From Octopus bimaculoides (lineage: Eukaryota): DNA of 64,000 nt. Position numbers and translations under genes: made by a program. The number at the start of each line of letters is the position of its first letter. Position 1 is the stretch's first letter. Below the pieces are notes generated by a model. It had not been told where the DNA came from, ran no database searches, and was given only the letters and a program-made list of their open reading frames with translations. The stretch covers positions 127,411,675 through 127,475,674 of the forward strand of contig NC_068985.1 in NCBI RefSeq assembly GCF_001194135.2, written 5' to 3'. Positions 60,891-64,000 of the stretch are shown here, piece by piece.

Positions 60891-62151
60891 ACAGAAGCTG
60901 TTCTCTGCACATTATCTATGTTTATAGCACCATAGCATTTGGCAGATAAAAAAAAAAAATATCTTTCCAGTTAGCCTGCTGATGTTAAACAATGATATAT
61001 ATATATATATATTTAAATAAGCAGTTGTTAAACAACAACAATGATGATGATATACATACATACATACACATCAATTTAAATAAGAGCCATAACGCAATCC
61101 ATAGTAAAACTTGTTTAATAACCTATGCACATTTCAATACAATATCCCGACTCACCCTTGTCTGAGATAAGAATATGAGGTCTTGCATCTCTTCAGGGTC
61201 AAGTTACATTAATTCACAGCAGACAGCAAACAACAGACAACATTAATAATTGTCCTCAAATTACATGTATAAAAGAGTTATAATCAGGTTGTAACGACAT
61301 ATATATATGTGTGTGTGTATATATATATATATATAAAATAGAGATGTCTGTGTATTCGCTTTTCACATGAAATCGACTTCACCAAATGCTTCCATACTTG
61401 TGATGCATGAATAATTTGACCTCGGATAAATGTTAGGCTGTTCATTCGATTTTTTTAATTAAAAATAAATAATATTGCTTTATATTTATGATTCACTTCT
61501 TTAAAAAGGTTCCTCAATGTCAACTTCCGGTATTGACGTATCAGCAGCGAAAGGCTTCACTCTCTATTTTGACGTTTTTCTCCCAAATGCTTACATACTT
61601 GTGATGCAATGTCAACTTCCGGTATTGACATAGCACGCGCGCACGCATACACACGTGTCTTTGTAAATATGTTTTTATACATTTATGTATGTGTGTGTTT
61701 GTAAGAGATAGAGTGTGAGTGAGAGAGAGAGGTTTGTTGTCATATGCATCCATCATTTTTGGATGTATGTGTGCGTGTGTGTGTGTGTGAGAGACAGAGT
61801 GAGAGAGCGGTGTGTATGTAGTATTTACTCTCTCTCTCATACGCACGCACACACAAACACTCATACACAACGATGTATGCATATTTATGCATGTACGTAT
61901 ACATGACAACAAACCTCTCTCTCTCTCTGTCACACACGTCCATTTCATCTGATGTGTAATACTGTGTGTGCGTGGGGGGTTCCACAATCGCCATTTATTT
62001 CAATTACTCTTGTGAGGATATTCACATAAATCATTTGTTTCATTTAATCCCCATTTTAATTTTCGTAAAAGTTTCCAAGTACCAATAAGCAACAATTTCA
62101 TTCCCGAGCAACGCCGGGTGCCTCTGCTAGAATATATATGTATATGTATGT

Positions 62152-63375
62152 GGTCCCCGTTTATATGGCCAGTGTTCGAATTTTGGTCCCTGACTTTATG
62201 GCCACTGTTCAATTTTTGGTCCCCGACTTTATGGCCAGTGTTCAATTTTTGGTCCCCGACTTTATGGCCACTTCAATTTTTGGACCCCGTCTTTATGGCC
62301 AGTGTGCAATTATTCGTCCCCGACTTTATGGCCAGTGTGTAACTTTTGGTCCCCGACTTTATGGCCAGTGTTCAATTTTTGGTCCCCGACTTCATGGCCA
62401 GTGTACAATTTTTGGTCCCCGACCTTATGGCCAGTGTTCAATTTTCGGTTTCCATCTTTATGGCCAGTGTGCGATTTTTGGTCCCCCATGGCCAGTGTTC
62501 AATTATAGGTCCCCGACTTTATGGCCACTGTTCAATATTTGGTCCCCGTCTTTATGGCCAGTGTGCAGTTATTCGTCCCCGACTTTATGGCCAGTGTTGA
62601 ATTTCTGGTCCCCGTCTTTATGGTCAGTGTTCAATTTTCGGTCCCCGACTTTATGGCCAGTGTTCAGTTTTTGGTCCCCGACTTTATGGCCAGTGTGCAA
62701 TTATTCGTCCCCGACCACAGGGCCACTGTGCAACATGTGGTCCCCGTCTTCATGGCCAGTGTGCAATATTTGGTCCCGACTTTATGACCAGTTTGCGATT
62801 TTTGGTCCCCGTCTTTATGGCTAGTGTGCAATATTTGGTCCTCGACTTTATGGCCAGTGTGCGATTTTTGGTCCCTCATTTTATGGCCAGTGTTCAATGA
62901 TAGGTCCCCGACTTTATGGCCAGTGTTCAATATTTGGTCCCCGTCTTTATGGCCAGTGTGCAATTATTCGTCCCCGACTTTATGGCCAGTGTGCGAATTT
63001 TGGTCCCCGAATTTATGGCCAGTGTGCGATTTTTGGTCCCCGACTTTATAGCCTGTATTCAATTTTAGGTCCCCGTCTTTATGGCCACTGTGCGGTTTTT
63101 GGTCCCCGAATTTATGGCCAGTGTTCAATTTTTGGTCCCCGTCTTTATGGCCAGTGTACAATTGTTGGTCCCCGTCTTTATGGCCAGTGTGCGATTTTTG
63201 GTCCCCGACTTTATGGCCAGTGTGCGATTTTTGGTACCCGTCTATATGGCCAGTGTGCAATTATTGGTCCCCGACTTTATGGCCAGTTTCGAATTTCTGG
63301 TCCCCGACTTTATGGCCGGTGTGCGATTTTTGTTCCCCGACTTTATGGCCAGTGTTCAATTTTTGGTCCCTGACT
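62152..63375. repeat. 33-bp minisatellite, about 37 units, consensus GGTCCCCGACTTTATGGCCAGTGTTCAATTTTT
   Basis: Direct tandem units with 33-nt period (11-aa period in the ORF track), flanked by TA-rich microsatellite on both sides. Confidence 0.96.
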
Positions 63376-63749
63376 ATATATATACAGGTAGATGAAGGTA
63401 TGTACATACATGTACGTACATATGCATATACTCATATATTATTTGTATTTTATTGAAGGAATCCGCGTTCTTCCTATCAAGTTCACAGGTGCCCTTAACT
63501 CCGTCAGACCCATTAAACTTCACTTTTTCCGGGATAACACTTAACCCCTCCCCCTTTCATCTCCTAATCACTTGGTTACCCTTTTGTCTCTCTCTACCTG
63601 ACAACGACACGTCGGCGCCGCAAGAACGTGCCTGGCGCCGCAAGGTCGTGTCTGATGCCGCAAGAACGTGCCCCCCACTGGCTTTGCAAACAGGCTAATG
63701 TCTGTTCCCCCCGATCAGAAAGATAGTCCATTGCAGGGAAATCTATTTA

Positions 63750-63880
63750 CAATTGAGTGGACTGCAGCAATATGAAATGAGGTGTTTTGCTCAAGAATAC
63801 AATATACTGCTCAGTATGGGAATTGAACCCACAATCTAGCCACTGTGAGTGCAACACCCTAACCACTAGGTCACACGCCT
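63750..63880 (-). mobile_element. tRNA-derived CORE-like SINE head
   Basis: The minus strand reads ggcgtgtgacctagtggttagg...gggttcaattccc...ttcttgagcaaaacac. Confidence 0.65.
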
Positions 63881-64000
63881 TCACACACACACATGTATAC
63901 ATATCCATAGACTTACATATGTATGGCAATCATTTTTATGTCTGTTTTCCACGCTAGCATGGGTTAGATGTATATATATTTGATGATTTTTATTTACGTC

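Noticed and set aside
62138-63456. Multiple overlapping 70-228 aa ORFs, and CRISPR-like regularity
   Set aside because: The ORFs arise from a 33-bp stop-free tandem unit in every frame. There are no unique spacers and no cas genes, and the context is eukaryotic.

Overview
AT-rich, repeat-dense animal genomic DNA with seven N-gaps. It is most likely a coleoid cephalopod (Octopus-like), judged from the single-exon [10 protein letters not shown]-type C2H2 zinc-finger gene and the SINE/LINE/mariner load; this is inference, not a database match. Three protein-coding loci are supported. (1) The last seven coding exons of CCAR1 (+, 1346-12042), which join in frame through canonical GT-AG sites. (2) A complete two-coding-exon MMAA/MeaB GTPase gene (-, 39006 to 28728, about 378 aa). 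(3) An intronless 15(+1)-finger C2H2 zinc-finger ORF (+, 56723-58087). The rest is mostly SINEs, RTE/CR1 LINE fragments, Tc1/mariner relics, MITEs, microsatellites and a 33-bp minisatellite. The most striking unexplained structure lies about 2.7 kb downstream of the CCAR1 stop: an approximately 820-bp foldback palindrome (14702-15522). Each arm carries a complete minimal type-I hammerhead ribozyme core (CUGAAGA...GAAA...UH), and the two helix-III variants differ by a double change that keeps pairing. A second, broken hammerhead-like motif sits in a tRNA-headed short element split by a nested GG-ended, 8-bp-TSD DNA transposon (49395-51770). Ribozyme activity and expression cannot be shown from sequence alone.
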